A stretch of DNA of 61,922 nucleotides, the filler included, from Nemertoderma westbladi (Eukaryota > Animalia > Xenacoelomorpha): NCBI GenBank assembly GCA_032718475.1. It is 3 parts of 3 records of this genome, joined end to end, with 100 filler letters (N's around TTAATTAATTAA, not from the genome) between each part and the next. Parts side by side here need not be neighbours in the genome. Positions count along the whole stretch, not along the records: positions 1 to 20,204 come from JAUCBJ010001874.1; positions 20,305 to 33,686 come from JAUCBJ010005007.1; 1 more part is not named here. One strand, given 5' to 3'. The first letter of the stretch is position 1; every line of letters starts with the position of its first letter. A program made the translations under genes and the position numbers. Below the pieces are notes generated by a model that made no database searches, was not told the DNA's origin, and saw only the letters and a program-made list of their open reading frames with translations. Below, piece after piece: positions 11,676 to 24,214 of the stretch.

Positions 11676-13060
11676 CAGTAACGCTTTCAAATAACGTCCT
11701 ATTGGATCCTAATAGGATCCTAATAGGAACCTAATAGGAAATAAATAGCCTTTAGGAAATCACTTGGAATTTGCCTAATGTAAGTCTACCTAGAGCGGCT
11801 AAATATCAAAGCTTAGAAGTGTCTGTCAATCAACCACCCGAGATAGCTGAAAGTGGTAAAGAGAGCCGCTTTGTCTAGTGGTTGAGTTGTATTTCCCTTC
11901 CTCTGACTTATCTTACAACAACGATACTCCCCATAGGCTAATGTTAAATATGCAAAGTACACACTACTGGCTGTAACTCAACATCTGGACAAATTAACTA
12001 CCATACGGTAAAGGTAACGCGCTGCTTGTGTAAAATAGGCCCGCCAACACGTAGTTGGGCTGCTAAAGCGTAATCTGATTGTATTTGGATGTCAAACTTT
12101 TAATAATTTTATTTAAATTATTGTGCGAACTTTTTAGATCTGGCGATTTTACCATTTCCATGATATAATAAATATAATTTATAATTAATATTAATATCAA
12201 TATGCCAAGAGGATAAGTTTGTTACAAACCGCCACTAAACTCATAAGGGTCTGTTAATTCCTGTAGGATGTTATGTCATTTATTTTTCGTAGTGGTAGCG
12301 ATACGGATTGTGACATGTTGCGGAATCTGCTTGGAGAGTGTAATGTGCTTTGTGGGTGTAGCAAATATAGCATTAAATATTACATACATTTATTTAGTCG
12401 CCCAGTTTTAGCCCCTGCCTAATTATTAATTAAACTAATAAATGAAAATAAACTAATATTTATTCTATTAATAATTACACAAACTTTGTGTATTTTGTTT
12501 ATTACTCTTTATTACTCAAAATATGTTCAATAGTAATAAATACAGTGTGTGATCCTACATTTATTTGTAAGTTCAGTACGATTTTAAATTATTCCAGAGC
12601 CCACCAGCAGCCCACGGACGTTAACTATGTGCGGATGTGTGTGGATTTCATCTATTAGAGTTTATATTTTAAATATTATTTAGGTCAGAGGCTGGCAATA
12701 CAAGGTACAGTAGGAGTGTAATCTTCCATCGATAACTATACCTCAATGAACTGAACACTACGCAAACTTTATGCTGAGTCTAGTCCATTCTATATATCTT
12801 AATGATTGACAGGATATAGAAGAAGTAGACCAGCACAAGCATAGTCTGAGTCAGTCAACCTTCCAGACATCAAAGTAAGCGCCGATTTCCAAGTAAATTC
12901 CTAATGAAATCCAAGTCAAATCCTAAGTGCCTCCAAGCCTGGAATTTGGGCTAAATTTCATTTCCAATTAAATCCTAACTCCTATAGTAGTGAATCAGTG
13001 ACTTGGATCCTAATAGGATCCTATTAGGAACCAATACGACGTTATTTGAAAGCGGTACTG
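11676..13060. mobile_element. Non-autonomous Tc1/mariner-type TIR element
   Basis: TA|CAGTAACGCTTTCAAATAACGTCCTATTGGATCCTAATAGGATCCTA ... TAGGATCCTATTAGGAACCAATACGACGTTATTTGAAAGCGGTACTG|TA; ~50-bp TIRs, TA TSD, no transposase ORF. Confidence 0.82.
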
Positions 13061-13240
13061 TATCTTTCACTATTTTCAGTGTCACGTCTTTACTTTTCAG
13101 TAAGTAAGTAAGTTTTAATTATCTTAATAATATGTGAATGAATGTCTGTCAATATATCTTGTAACAAGAAAGCACAAAACCATGATAAGATTTTTGCTGT
13201 GGGGGTTTTCCCGGTCGCTGATTTCATTACTGAGAATCGT

Positions 13241-14215
13241 GGGGACAAGATATAGTAACAATCTCCTTCACACATTCTTCTTTATATAGAGAGGGCTGGG
13301 TTGTATGCTGAGACAAATAAGTACTTCATTAATTAATCGAGGGGACAAGATATAGTAACAATCTCCTTCACACATTCTTCTTTATATAGAGAGGGTTGGG
13401 TCGTATGCTGAGACAAATACGTACTTCATTAATTAATCGAGGGGACAAGATATAGTAACAATCTCCTTCACACATTCTTCTTTATATAGAGAGGGTTGGG
13501 TCGTATGCTGAGACAAATACGTACTTCATTAATTAATCGAGGGGACAAGATATAGTAACAATCTCCTTCACACATTCTTCTTTATATAGAGAGGGTTGGG
13601 TCGTATGCTGAGACAAATACGTACTTCATTAATTAATCGAGGGGACAAGATATAGTAACAATCTCCTTCACACATTCTTCTTTATATAGAGAGGGTTGGG
13701 TTGTATGCTGAGACAAATAAGTACTTCATTAATTAATCGAGGGGACAAGATATAGTAACAATCTCCTTCACACATTCTTCTTTATATATAGAGGGCTGGG
13801 TTGTATGCTGAGACAAATACGTACTTCATTAATTAATCGAGGGGACAAGATATAGTAACAATCTCCTTCACACATTCTTCTTTATATATAGAGGGTTGGG
13901 TTGTATGCTGAGACAAATACGTACTTCATTAATTAATCGAGGGGACAAGATATAGTAACAATCTCCTTCACACATTCTTCTTTATATAGAGAGGGCTGGG
14001 TTGTATGCTGAGACAAAAGTACTTCATTAATTAATTGTGGGGACAAGATAATATAGTAACAATCTCCTTCACACATTCTTCTTTATATAGAGAGGGTTGG
14101 GTTGTATGCTGAGACAAAAGTACTTCATTAATTAATCGAGGGGACAAGATATAGTAACAATCTCCTTCACACATTCTTCTTTATATAGAGAGGGCTGTGT
14201 TGTAGGCTGAAACAA
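13241..14215. repeat. Tandem array of a 100-bp unit, ~9.7 copies
   Basis: ggggacaagatatagtaacaatctcc... recurs at 13241, 13341, 13441 ... 13941, then ~14039 and ~14140. Confidence 0.97.
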
Positions 14216-14309
14216 ATAGGGGGTAAATAGAGGGAGGCCAGGAGAGTGGTTTTACAAACATTGTTGTAAAGCTAAACATATGACAAATCTGCTTTAAGAA
14301 CAAACTTAC

Positions 14310-14414
14310 ATTGTCTCTTTCAACTAATTTGTTGGAGTCCTCGTTGTTGTCTCCATTGCACTCCACAGCTAAATAAGCTGCCAGAGCTAAGAGTAGGAGA
14401 GTTACCTTTGACAT
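14310..14414 (-). CDS. Probable first coding exon of a secreted protein or peptide precursor
   Basis: MSKVTLLLLALAAYLAVECNG-DNNEDSNKLVERDN: hydrophobic signal peptide then an acidic stretch; ends at a phase-0 GTAAGT donor; TATATA box at ~14496-14501. Confidence 0.6.
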
Positions 14415-14546
14415 TGTAGAGTTGTGATAAATAATTTTTTTACACAAACTAAAATACAATCTTCTGTGAATGACTTTAATGACACAAACATACCCTATAT
14501 AACTCAAGGAGTTCAGACCTACAAATACATGTTATACTGTCTACTG

Positions 14547-15875
14547 TAAGCTTAGTGGAAGCAAAGTAGCTCAATGTTATTATAGGGATCAGTTTATATG
14601 AATAAATAATTGGTCTATTTTATGAAATAAAGTAACGGACTGATAGACCAACACAAACTCTCCTAATAAAAAGGTTCCTTGGATACCAGCCGTTGCCTAA
14701 TAATATATGGATATTGGTTTCAGTAAACTACAGTAGCAAAGAGGAAATAAGAGGATAATAGCAAAGCTGAGTTGATATAAATCTGTCTAGAGGAGTTTAC
14801 AGAACCCAAGTGATGTAAAGAAAATTAAGATTGGAATTGAAAAAAAAAATTAAGAAAAATAATATTGGGCTGGATCACCATGATCATATTGTTAGATACA
14901 ATACTTTTCAGTGGGGATGGATTGGATGTCTGACTCCATCCTCGCGTTGTATGTGGCATCCTGGATGAGGCAAGTCTCGGGCAAGTTGGAGGCCAGACAT
15001 GCAGCATGACTGGCTACATTGAGGGGACTGCCGGTTGTCAGCGCCTCAACAACCCCAGTAGTTCCAGATTGGGAGGACCGAATGATACTTCCGCAACAAG
15101 GGATCTGAATCCCGATTCCTCCATGGCGGACGGGACGGAGAGCCAACTTTTCGTCGACTGCTCCAGGAGAAGTCCCGAATAGTCCCGGATAGTTCTCAGC
15201 GGATCGGCGCAATATCCTCTTCCTCAGTCTCCGCCACCCGGAGAAGGAAGTCCCACTCCACCTAGACGCAGCATGTCATACTGGTGTGTACAGTCTGAGG
15301 GAACTCCAACTTTACAAACTATTGTCTTACAAACACGCGGGGCCTTCGCGCAGCGCGTGACTCAGTTAACCTTAGAAGCTGTAATCCTATTACTTGTTTG
15401 TATTTACAATACACCGCCATTGAACTTCATAATCTTTATTTTATTTGACAGACCACATTTAATTTCATCAATGATTGACTGACATATTTAGGTTTTTATC
15501 AATTATTGTTTATTGATTCAAGATTTTACACCCTCCATCTAGCACATTATAAATAATAGTTAATTACTACAGTATGTTAATTTAAAAACAATTATTTAAA
15601 ATAATTAATTATGGTAGGAGGAAGCAGGAAACATATATGAACTCGGACAGTAGCGAATATCAATGGTTGCTACTGCCCGGGGGGGGGGGGGGGGGGGTGG
15701 GGTGGGGTGGTCACTTCTGCAACATGTTTTCGTCATTACATTTGTATTGTGTGATATAGTATACAACGCGGCTCAGACGGGCAACTGAGGAACCAACCAT
15801 CACGCAGTTCTACAAACACTCTGTCCACACTGGTACTGGGTTTAAGATTATATATATTACTCAGTAGTTTCAATC
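14547..15875 (+). repeat. Direct segmental duplicate, copy 2; includes a CRE-like RT fragment (14892-15212, minus)
   Basis: Matches 9018-10340; peptide KLALRPVRHGGIGIQIP resembles the LP.R.GGLGI motif after the RT of RLE-type non-LTR elements. Confidence 0.88.
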
Positions 15876-16450
15876 ATATATGGAACGTTAACTACAGTAT
15901 ATCTGTAATTGTACTACTGCAACATAACCCGTTCCCACGCTTGAGTGCGATATGAATGTATAATCAATTACTTTGGGAGTGTAAGTTTCGGCACTAGAAA
16001 CTGCTTCAAGGGAATAATGCACTATGTACGTGTAAACTGTTCCGTTATGTTGTGTTGTCTGTGGACAAGTGTACGTGTGACTTATTTATATTGCAAGTAG
16101 GACGCTACATTGGATCTAGTGCGTGGTAAAGCGCACAATTTACTTGTACTGGACACATTGCGATATTGAACGTATTATAGTTGCAAGTTGGGGAATAATA
16201 TTGCAGTATTGCGGACACATACACTCGCACTAATTGAACCGAATCAATTGCAGACAGGTTATAGTTAGCACTCACCGGGTGGAAGGCAAAGTAGTGTGAT
16301 CCTGAGTCTCGTATATTCATAAACAATACAATTTAATAATAATAACTATAATATGATGATAAGATTTAATGCAAAAGGGAGATAGGCTAGTTAACACTAA
16401 AGAAGGTGTTTGAGTGATATATTTATTATAAAAAAGCTATAATTATAATA

Positions 16451-16765
16451 ATAATAATATAATAATATACACTCCCCAACGGGGTAAATGAAATTCGGTA
16501 AAATCATAATATTATTTTATCAATAAAATAGATATAAAATAAAATAAATATTAGTTTCTTTAGTTAATGGTCGAGGCGAGAACTACGAGGTTGGGACAAG
16601 CGGCGCAGTTAAGGGCGTGGTAGCGGTCCCCACATTGGTTGAGGCAGTGGCGGCACAGACAGTCTGCAGGGATGGTGTGGAAGCGAGTGTTGGTGGCGCA
16701 GAACAGATGGTGGAATCCGTGCGACGTGGCCCGGGTGATGTGGTGGCGATTCCGTTGGCCCGGTT
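16451..16765 (-). mobile_element. 5'-truncated non-LTR retroposon 3' end encoding a Cys/His-rich C-terminus
   Basis: Minus frame RNRHHITRATSHGFHHLFCATNTRFHTIPADCLCRHCLNQCGDRYHALNCAACPNLVVLASTIN*, AT-rich 3' UTR, (TAT)n tail; flanked by gctataat(t/g)ataata direct repeats at 16436-16450 and 16766-16780. Confidence 0.6.
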
Positions 16766-17269
16766 GCTATAATGATAATATAGATATATACATTTTCATA
16801 GTGTTTTGACTACCAACTAGCTGAAAAAATTATGCAATATGATGAAACTATAATTAATATTCTAGAACCCTCCAATATTAACAGGGAGATAGGCTAGTTA
16901 GCTATCCACTGAGACAGCATCAGGTAGGGGGGACTTCTGATGCAATCCAAATTCACCTCTGTCCAGGGGTAAGTTGAGGCAAGTAACAGCTGATTTCTTC
17001 TAAAAATTAAATTGTTACCTTTCTATTGACATTCGTTTATTGTTTTGGTAAGAATAATGTGCCACTTTGACCTGCTCCCTTCCTTAAATTGGTAATATAA
17101 CATTAGGACGATCATCCATCATATGACAGAACATCCTTGCCACACCGGGCACAGCTGTGGGGCTCAGTCAGCAGCCTACACCCTAGACGAGTGCCGACCG
17201 AGATCCGGAACTGCGAGTTTCCGATCCGGAACTGCGAACTAATCATTAGATTAATGATAGAAAATGCGA

Positions 17270-17480
17270 AGTGCAGTCTGCAAATTCAGTCTGCAAAGTC
17301 AGTCTGTAAATTCACTCTGCAAAGTCAGTCAGCAAAGTCAGTCTGCAAATACAGTCTGCAAAGTCAGTCTACAAAGTCAGTCTGCAGATGCAGTCTGCAA
17401 AGTCCGTCTGCAAAGTCAGTCTGCAAATGCAGTCTGAAACTCAGTCTGCAAAGTCAGTTTGCAAAGTCAGTCTGAGAGTT
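17270..17480. repeat. Degenerate ~13-bp tandem repeat (cagtctgcaaagt)
   Basis: Repeated cagtctgcaaagt variants. Confidence 0.9.
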
Positions 17481-17871
17481 AGTTAGCAAAGTTACCCTGG
17501 AGAGGTGTAATTTTGATTGCAACAATAATATTCATCCCCATCTGCTACAATTTGAAGAAGACTATTACATAATACAGTAATACTGTACCTATAATTCAAA
17601 CAATTAATTATTATAATTCTATAGTTAATAAAAACAGTATATCATTCGGGGGATGGAATTTATATGTCATATAATTAATTGTTTAAAGATTAGCAAACAA
17701 TACAATGTATTGATAAATCCCATATATAAAACTTGGATATAAAATGTAAAATCGGGATGCAAAAGATCACTTTCTGAGCTAAGAAAGGAAATTGGATACA
17801 ACTTGTCTGGATACAAGCGGTCCGTTTACCTTACAAAAGGATAAATACGAATGTGCGAAATTAAGAACAGT

Positions 17872-18012
17872 CGGGGGGGGGGGAGTGTCCGCTGTCCGGG
17901 GGGGGGGGGGTGGTGTCTTCTGGGGGGGAAGTGTCCGGGGGGGAAGTGTCCTACTTGAGCGGGGGGAGCTGTCCGGGGGGAAGTGTCCGGGGGTGGGGGG
18001 GGGGGGGGGGGG
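17872..18012 (+). repeat. G-rich repeat (G-runs with aagtgtcc spacers), probable transposon terminal region
   Basis: Repeated gggggaagtgtcc units and G-tracts. Confidence 0.7.
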
Positions 18013-18659
18013 ATTTTAAACGTTTTGGCTACGTGTAGCCAAAACGTTATCAAGTAGCCAAAACGTCTTCACCAAAATTTGGTTTAACATATAACGGATT
18101 ACAATATGTTTGAGGAGCTTCTGTCAGCCTGTAGGTAGGTTTCCCGTCAGTTTCAGAGAATACATAGTTTATGTACAAGTACAGTATATTTTTCACTGTT
18201 ATTATTTTTTAAGTAATGCCAATGTATACAAAGAGCTAAATTTTATAATAATCTGCCTTATATTTTACGGAAACTGACATCATGGTGGTTAACTTCAAAT
18301 TTTAATAGTAATATTACTACAGTACATTTATTCAGCCATACCAATAATAATAAATTCATGTTCATGTTCATATTCTAATAAAAATATTATTTAATTCTAT
18401 GCAAATTTTATTTCAAGCCTTTGACAGACTATACAGTTCACCAAGTTATGTGTTATTCTGAGATATACTAATTAGTAACTGAATTTCATTAAGAGTGACT
18501 TAATTACAAAATTGAACGCGGTTGTTGTGAGTGTTTTATTTAAGCAATGATTATTGGATCGGAAATTTGGAACAGTGTAAACAGATGAATTTGGTTTGTG
18601 AATTTATTATATATAGTAATGATGATGATCAGTTTGAACTAAGGTGCAGTGCCGTCGGA

Positions 18660-18870
18660 AGCAACAACATAGCGCCCCCAGATTTCACATTCAGCTATAT
18701 AGTTTTCCAGTTCATCCCTATTCTCGAAGGAAGGTTGCCACAGCACGAGATTGCGGACAGGTTGATCCTTCCAGCGAAAACAGTGTCCAACAAGCTTCAG
18801 ACTGCGTCTCTGCGTTCTGCAGGGTGATGCTGGGTCTTGTCAACGAGATATCGCCCTAGTTGTATAACAT
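18660..18870 (-). mobile_element. Decayed RTE LINE 3' fragment
   Basis: Minus strand reads ..LKLVGHCFRWKDQPVRNLVLWQP.., like the RTE C-terminus at 51703-52884. Confidence 0.65.
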
Positions 18871-20204
18871 ATCATTACTTATGTTACATGTACATAGTAG
18901 GCATTGCTGTGCACCCTGCGCCGATTCCTGTTATACTAAAGGATAAGGGGAAAACGGTTATATGATACACCCTAACTGAGGTCGTTTATTGAAAAGCCAT
19001 AGATTTCCAATGAATTCATTCAAAAATATTAAAATATTTATCGAATTACGGATTAGAGTCTACACTAGGTTGTAATTCAGCGCTTGTACTTTACTTACAT
19101 CTTGTGCGAGTTAGAATTGAAGTCACTGTAGTGATGACAGGTTTGATTACATTTTAGGTAAGACTTCTTGGACATCACCTTAGATTGCTATATAGATTAC
19201 GATTTATAGTACGCCCTAGATTAATGCTTTTTTGACTAAGATTAAAATCTATATTTCAGATCATATAATTCCAGAATGGTAATTCACTATATTTGTCAAT
19301 CCCAAGTGATCCACTTAGCTATAATTACTAGTTATATTCCTGGAATGAGTAACCTAATGTCCAGTATGCACAACAAAATTATAATTATTTGGAGGATTTT
19401 TACTGAAGTTAAGCTGACTGTTTGAATTTCTGCTTAGATTTAAATTAAATCAAAGCCAATATTACAGTCTTACATTTCAAGTAGGACGAAAGATAATATT
19501 TAGTCCAAGATTACTTTTTAGATTTCAGCTATATTTCGTCTAAGATTACCCCATAGATTTCAGTTTATATTTCGACCAAGATTAAGACTGACTTAATGTA
19601 GAAATGGCGTTAATGTTACATATGTTATTCATAAAATAACGTTCTAGCTACAAGTTTAATAATTATGTATCAAGGTGGTAGGCAAAACGTACTGAGAGAT
19701 ATATGTATGTGACCAGAACGGCACTTTACTATTATTCAAAGTGTACGTACCTCTTAGCTATTATTACTATTAATATTCTTTGAATAGCTGGCAATGAATG
19801 TTTATCTAGTACAATGCACACTTCTTACTGTACTGTAAAATATAATTTCTGTAAATATCGTTACTGATATAAAGTTGATGATGTATGTGGTATCTTGTAC
19901 TAATTACTACTCTACTATTATGTGAAGTTATCATGTGTAGTGTATGTGAATATCTATATACTACTATACATTACGCTGTTGGTTCTAAACAGTCGGCTTC
20001 ATTCCGGCTTATATTCCAAGATTACTCTTTGGTTTTCGTCTTAGATTTCAGAATAAATCTAAGCCGAGATTTCAAGTTAGACGAGAGGTTAGATTTCATT
20101 CAAAATTACTTTTTAGATTTCAGATTATGTTTTGTCTAAGATTACACCATAGATTTCTGCTTAGATTTGTCCCTACCCCATAGATTAAAGCTTATATTTC
20201 GTCC

Positions 20205-20304
20205 NNNNNNNNNNNNNNNNNNNNNNNNNNNNNNNNNNNNNNNNNNNNTTAATTAATTAANNNNNNNNNNNNNNNNNNNNNNNNNNNNNNNNNNNNNNNN
20301 NNNN
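20205..20304. other. Scaffold gap (100 bp) with TTAATTAATTAA spacer
   Basis: N-run containing an artificial all-frame-stop linker. Confidence 0.97.
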
Positions 20305-20892
20305 TAACCGTATCCGATCCTTTTTTTCCTTTTTTTTGAACTGCATCTTATCTTTTTTTCCTTTTTTTTAACTGCATCCTATCCTTTTTCTCCTTTTTTT
20401 TTGAAAATATTAAATCCTTTTTTCCTTTTTTTTCTCGATTTTTTTGGCTGGGAGGGCTGCAGTTTACAGTTATTTATTTTCGATAAATCAAAGGCATTAC
20501 TTGTAATTCGCGAATAAAATAATAATTGAATTTTAATTACAATTGAAAAAGAATTAAAAGTTAATTAAGACAACTCGGTCGGCTCATCGATTCGTTTCTT
20601 CTCACCATAAATAATATCTTTATCAGTTAAAGAGAAAACAACAAGGAAAATACCGGATTTATTTTTATTTTTGCTTCATCCCGTTTATATAAATCTAAAA
20701 TATATCTAAAATAATAGTCTAAAATATATACTGGAAATACTGGATGTATTTCCAGTATATTACACTGGAAATACTGAGGCTCATTGAAAATCAATTAACA
20801 TTCCAAATTTATTTATATTCAAAATTTAAAAAACATTAATTACAGCAAAATATCCTGCCGATATCAGTTTACAGTAGATATGTTTGGACATA

Positions 20893-21160
20893 CCTTTGCA
20901 GGACATTGCTTTCGCCGTGAGGACCAGCCAGTGCATAATCTTGTACTTTGGCAGCCTCATGGAGTGAATAAGCATGGTGGACAGCCCATGACTTTCTTGA
21001 GACGCATCTTAAAGGACACTGGCCTTGAAGATGCGGATGATCTAGCAAATGTCATGGGTGATAGGGAGTTGTGGCGGTGCAATTTTGTTGACAAGCCGGC
21101 ACAGCATTCTTAAAAATGCAGCTGCAATGCAGCATGCCGATCCTAGTAGTAGTACTAGTA
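20893..21160 (+). mobile_element. RTE LINE (family A) 3' end with (TAG)n tail
   Basis: FAGHCFRREDQPVHNLVLWQP..DKPAQHS*, nearly identical to the end of 51703-52884; followed by cctagtagtagta. Confidence 0.88.
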
Positions 21161-21369
21161 CAGTAGATAAGTCTACTTCGCAATGCTTGGCTACACTCAA
21201 CTCCACTTATTTATTAACTAGAGTTTAAAATCATTAAATTGGGGTCTCATGGGTCTATCGCTGAAAAATAGGACATATTATTTATTTTATAAAACTATAA
21301 TACTTTTATATCAAACTTCTATAATTACTTTATTAACTTCTATATTTCCCTCCGATTCTCCGCTTCCAG

Positions 21370-21588
21370 GCTGCCGGCCCGTCCGCTCGACCGGTTACCA
21401 ACAAAGCGGATCTCGAGGACGACGACACGCCGCTAGATGGCGCTGAGGCGGGTGGCGACGCCGCGGACTCTGATAGAGACGAGGAGGAAGAGGAAGTGGT
21501 GGGGCCTGAGGGCGAGGGAGGAGCCGAGGAGGAGGAGGAGGAGAAACCGGTGAGAAAGAGGAGCGCGAGGAAACCCCGGAAGGATTGA
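21370..21588 (+). CDS. Terminal coding exon resembling the calnexin cytosolic tail
   Basis: Polypyrimidine tract + CAG acceptor, then AAGPSARPVTNKADLEDDD...EEEEEEKPVRKRSARKPRKD*; acidic tail with an RKPRxx end as in calnexin; AATAAA at 21906; absent from the ORF track (no ATG). Confidence 0.6.
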   Translation, partial: AAGPSARPVTNKADLEDDDTPLDGAEAGGDAADSDRDEEEEEVVGPEGEGGAEEEEEEKPVRKRSARKPRKD

Positions 21589-22331
21589 GCGCGCCGCTGG
21601 GGGGCGTAACGGGGCCGCCGCTGGGGGCGTATCGGAGACGCCGAGCCGCTCTGGTTTTATGCAATATCTGATACACTGATTGAGAGCTACGCTGCAGTTC
21701 ATTGCTGTTCCAATGTAACTGGTTCATTGTCCTGCGACTAAATTAGTTTACAAATACGGTCTTTACGTTTCTCCACACCCAAACAACTGTGCTATCGACA
21801 CTTTCTCTATAAGTTTTGGGCTTCTCAGTTAGTATTACGAAGATTAACCGGATATTACCGAGATTATTTGCGTTCCATAATGCCATATTCTACCTACAGT
21901 ATAATAATAAATGTTATTTAATGATGATTGTCTGTCTACTAACACTAACTAACTTCCTTATGGCCCGTATGTTCCAGGTTTTTTGCGTATTATTCACAAA
22001 AACTTATTAATTTACTACGTGTATTTTTTTCAAGAACACCAATTTTCCATTAAGTATCGTTTTCACCATGTTTTATATATTTGGTGGGTAGGGTAGGTAT
22101 CGTAAATGACGTTGTTTTGTTGTTTATTTGTTTTGTTTTTATCATTTACCTGGACGTTTTGCATTTATTTAATGGAATTACCTAAACCAGTACAATGAGT
22201 TCGTTAACCTAATAAACATAATGACTATGAGTAGCCTATACAACCTTTTTTTGTTTTCAATACATTTATGCGCTAAGGGGGCGTTCATAAAGTATGCCAC
22301 TGGGTGGGGCATCGACTTTTGTGACGATTAA

Positions 22332-23258
22332 CCCTTAAACTGGTGACGATTTTTCTAAAACGCCATCTCCACTTAGTGAAAACTCAAATATATGAGTTTT
22401 GCGATTGTTAGTTCTACTCGGTGGGAACTTTTCCTTCAATCTATTCTGACTTAGTGAAAACTCCTATGAGTTACAGTTCAACCGGTCTGACTTGGTTCCA
22501 ACTTACATTTTTATGAGTTTCGGCTCTACTATTGTTTATCAGCTGTCAGGAAGGAAGTCATTGACTTATATGTCAACGACAATTAATAGGCCCATTGTAT
22601 TGGGCAGTTGATGAGCTTTACAACAGTATAGTTGTATCGGCTTCAGACGATCAGTATAGGCTAAACAACACGGTAGTAAAGCGTGGGAAAAATGTCTAAT
22701 TTCAACTAATGGCCGTTTCGTTGTTATAAGTAACATAAACAAACTATAACCACCAGTTTGAAGGTGAGTTTATCCTCTTTCAGATGATATTAACGGCCTC
22801 TGAAGTTGAAAATTACACAATCCATCGCGAATTTACTAATTCGCAGCATTTTTTAAAATAATTAGCCTTTCGTTAGTATTTCAACACTTAGATTTTTACA
22901 TTCATAAAATGTTACGAATAATTTTCAAGCCATTATTTTTATGAATTCCAAACTGACATAATTCCGCATTCAATTCTTAAATTTGCATAAATTTTTTTGA
23001 GGTTTATAAATATAAAAAAAACTCTCACCAAGGAGGAATAGCATAAAGATATAATCTCTACCAAGTCCAGACGTTGGCTCATAAACTCATGAGTTTCACC
23101 ACGTCAACTAATTCTTCTTAAAAAAGATCCACCAAGAAGGAATAGACTTGCGAGAACTCAAATATGAGTTCTCGCCAAGTCAGATACTACCATTAGAGAA
23201 ATACCCACCAAGTGGAATTGGCCCTCCCAGAACTTATGAGTTTTCACCAGTTTAAGGG
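22332..23258. mobile_element. Non-autonomous piggyBac element (927 bp)
   Basis: TTAA|CCCTTAAACTGGTGA ... TCACCAGTTTAAGGG|TTAA; perfect 15-bp TIRs, TTAA TSD, subterminal actc..gagtt repeats. Confidence 0.92.
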
Positions 23259-24214
23259 TTAATAAATTATATTTAATGTTTCTAAATATCTGGAGACATT
23301 TCTGGAGACATTTTCGATTAATAAATTATGGAACACATTGGTTTCAATGGGAGCGTAATATCAAAAAATCGTGCATATCGCAGCAGAAAATATCGTACAG
23401 AGGACAAAATGTGAGACGCATCTTATATTTTTTTTAAAAAGATTGTAGATGAGTGAGTAACTTTGAGGAAACAATAATATCAATAACATTTTAGTAATAC
23501 CTTTTCCTTTGGTAGCTATAAAAAGCTGCTTCATAAAAAAATATTTTGGATATAAAATCAATTACTACGATTTGTACTGTCCATCATTATACACGGTACT
23601 GGTCGAACGTGTATGTAAAGTAGAGTATAAATGGGATCCCGATCCCGGAAAAACAGAGATCCCGGCGAAAAATGCAATCCCGGTTCCGGTCCCGATCGCG
23701 ACTTTTTTGGAACGGGATCCCGAAGTATAAATAGTTAAGTCAAGTTGTTGAATATCTGATAAATAGTTCCAGCAGAAAAAAATGCTTTGAATATATCGAA
23801 TTATATACCACATACTGTATAGACCTACATAACTTTAAGGAATTGTATTACAAATTCCAACCCCGATTCCGAATATCCCCGGAAATCACGAAAAGTCTGA
23901 TACCGTTTAAACTCTCATGTGAAGACCAGGACTGTAACATTTATTTTGCGTCTAAAACAGTGTAAAAATACATAATAAAGCCGTAGCCTAAATGGCGCAT
24001 CGCTGATAAAGATTTAGGGCCGCCAGCCTTTGAGGAGGACATAGAAGCCATTGACTCCGACTCTCTAATACCTGTTATTAATGAACACATGAACAATAGA
24101 TGAACACTTGACTTTCCCCTGGGAAAATGTACATGATAGTTCGTGATTGAATTATTTATATTGTATTTTGGCATAAATAACAAACATTTTATATTATTGT
24201 TATATTGTGACACA

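Noticed and set aside
13241-14215. Regularly spaced repeats as a possible CRISPR array
   Set aside because: Whole 100-bp units repeat with no unique spacers; no cas genes; eukaryotic context.
16935-17020. Apparent 19-20-nt GT..AG mini-introns on the minus strand
   Set aside because: No recognisable protein results from splicing, and the supported introns here are hundreds of bases or longer; likely chance.
17137-18053. ORFs of 112, 75 and 75 aa
   Set aside because: Translations of the 13-bp tandem repeat and G-tracts.
20249-20260. TTAATTAATTAA island within N-runs (also at 33731-33742)
   Set aside because: Artificial scaffolding spacer with stops in all frames, not biological.
21395-21727. 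Pro/Arg-rich minus-strand ORFs in the ORF track
   Set aside because: Antisense shadows of the plus-strand acidic exon at 21370-21588.
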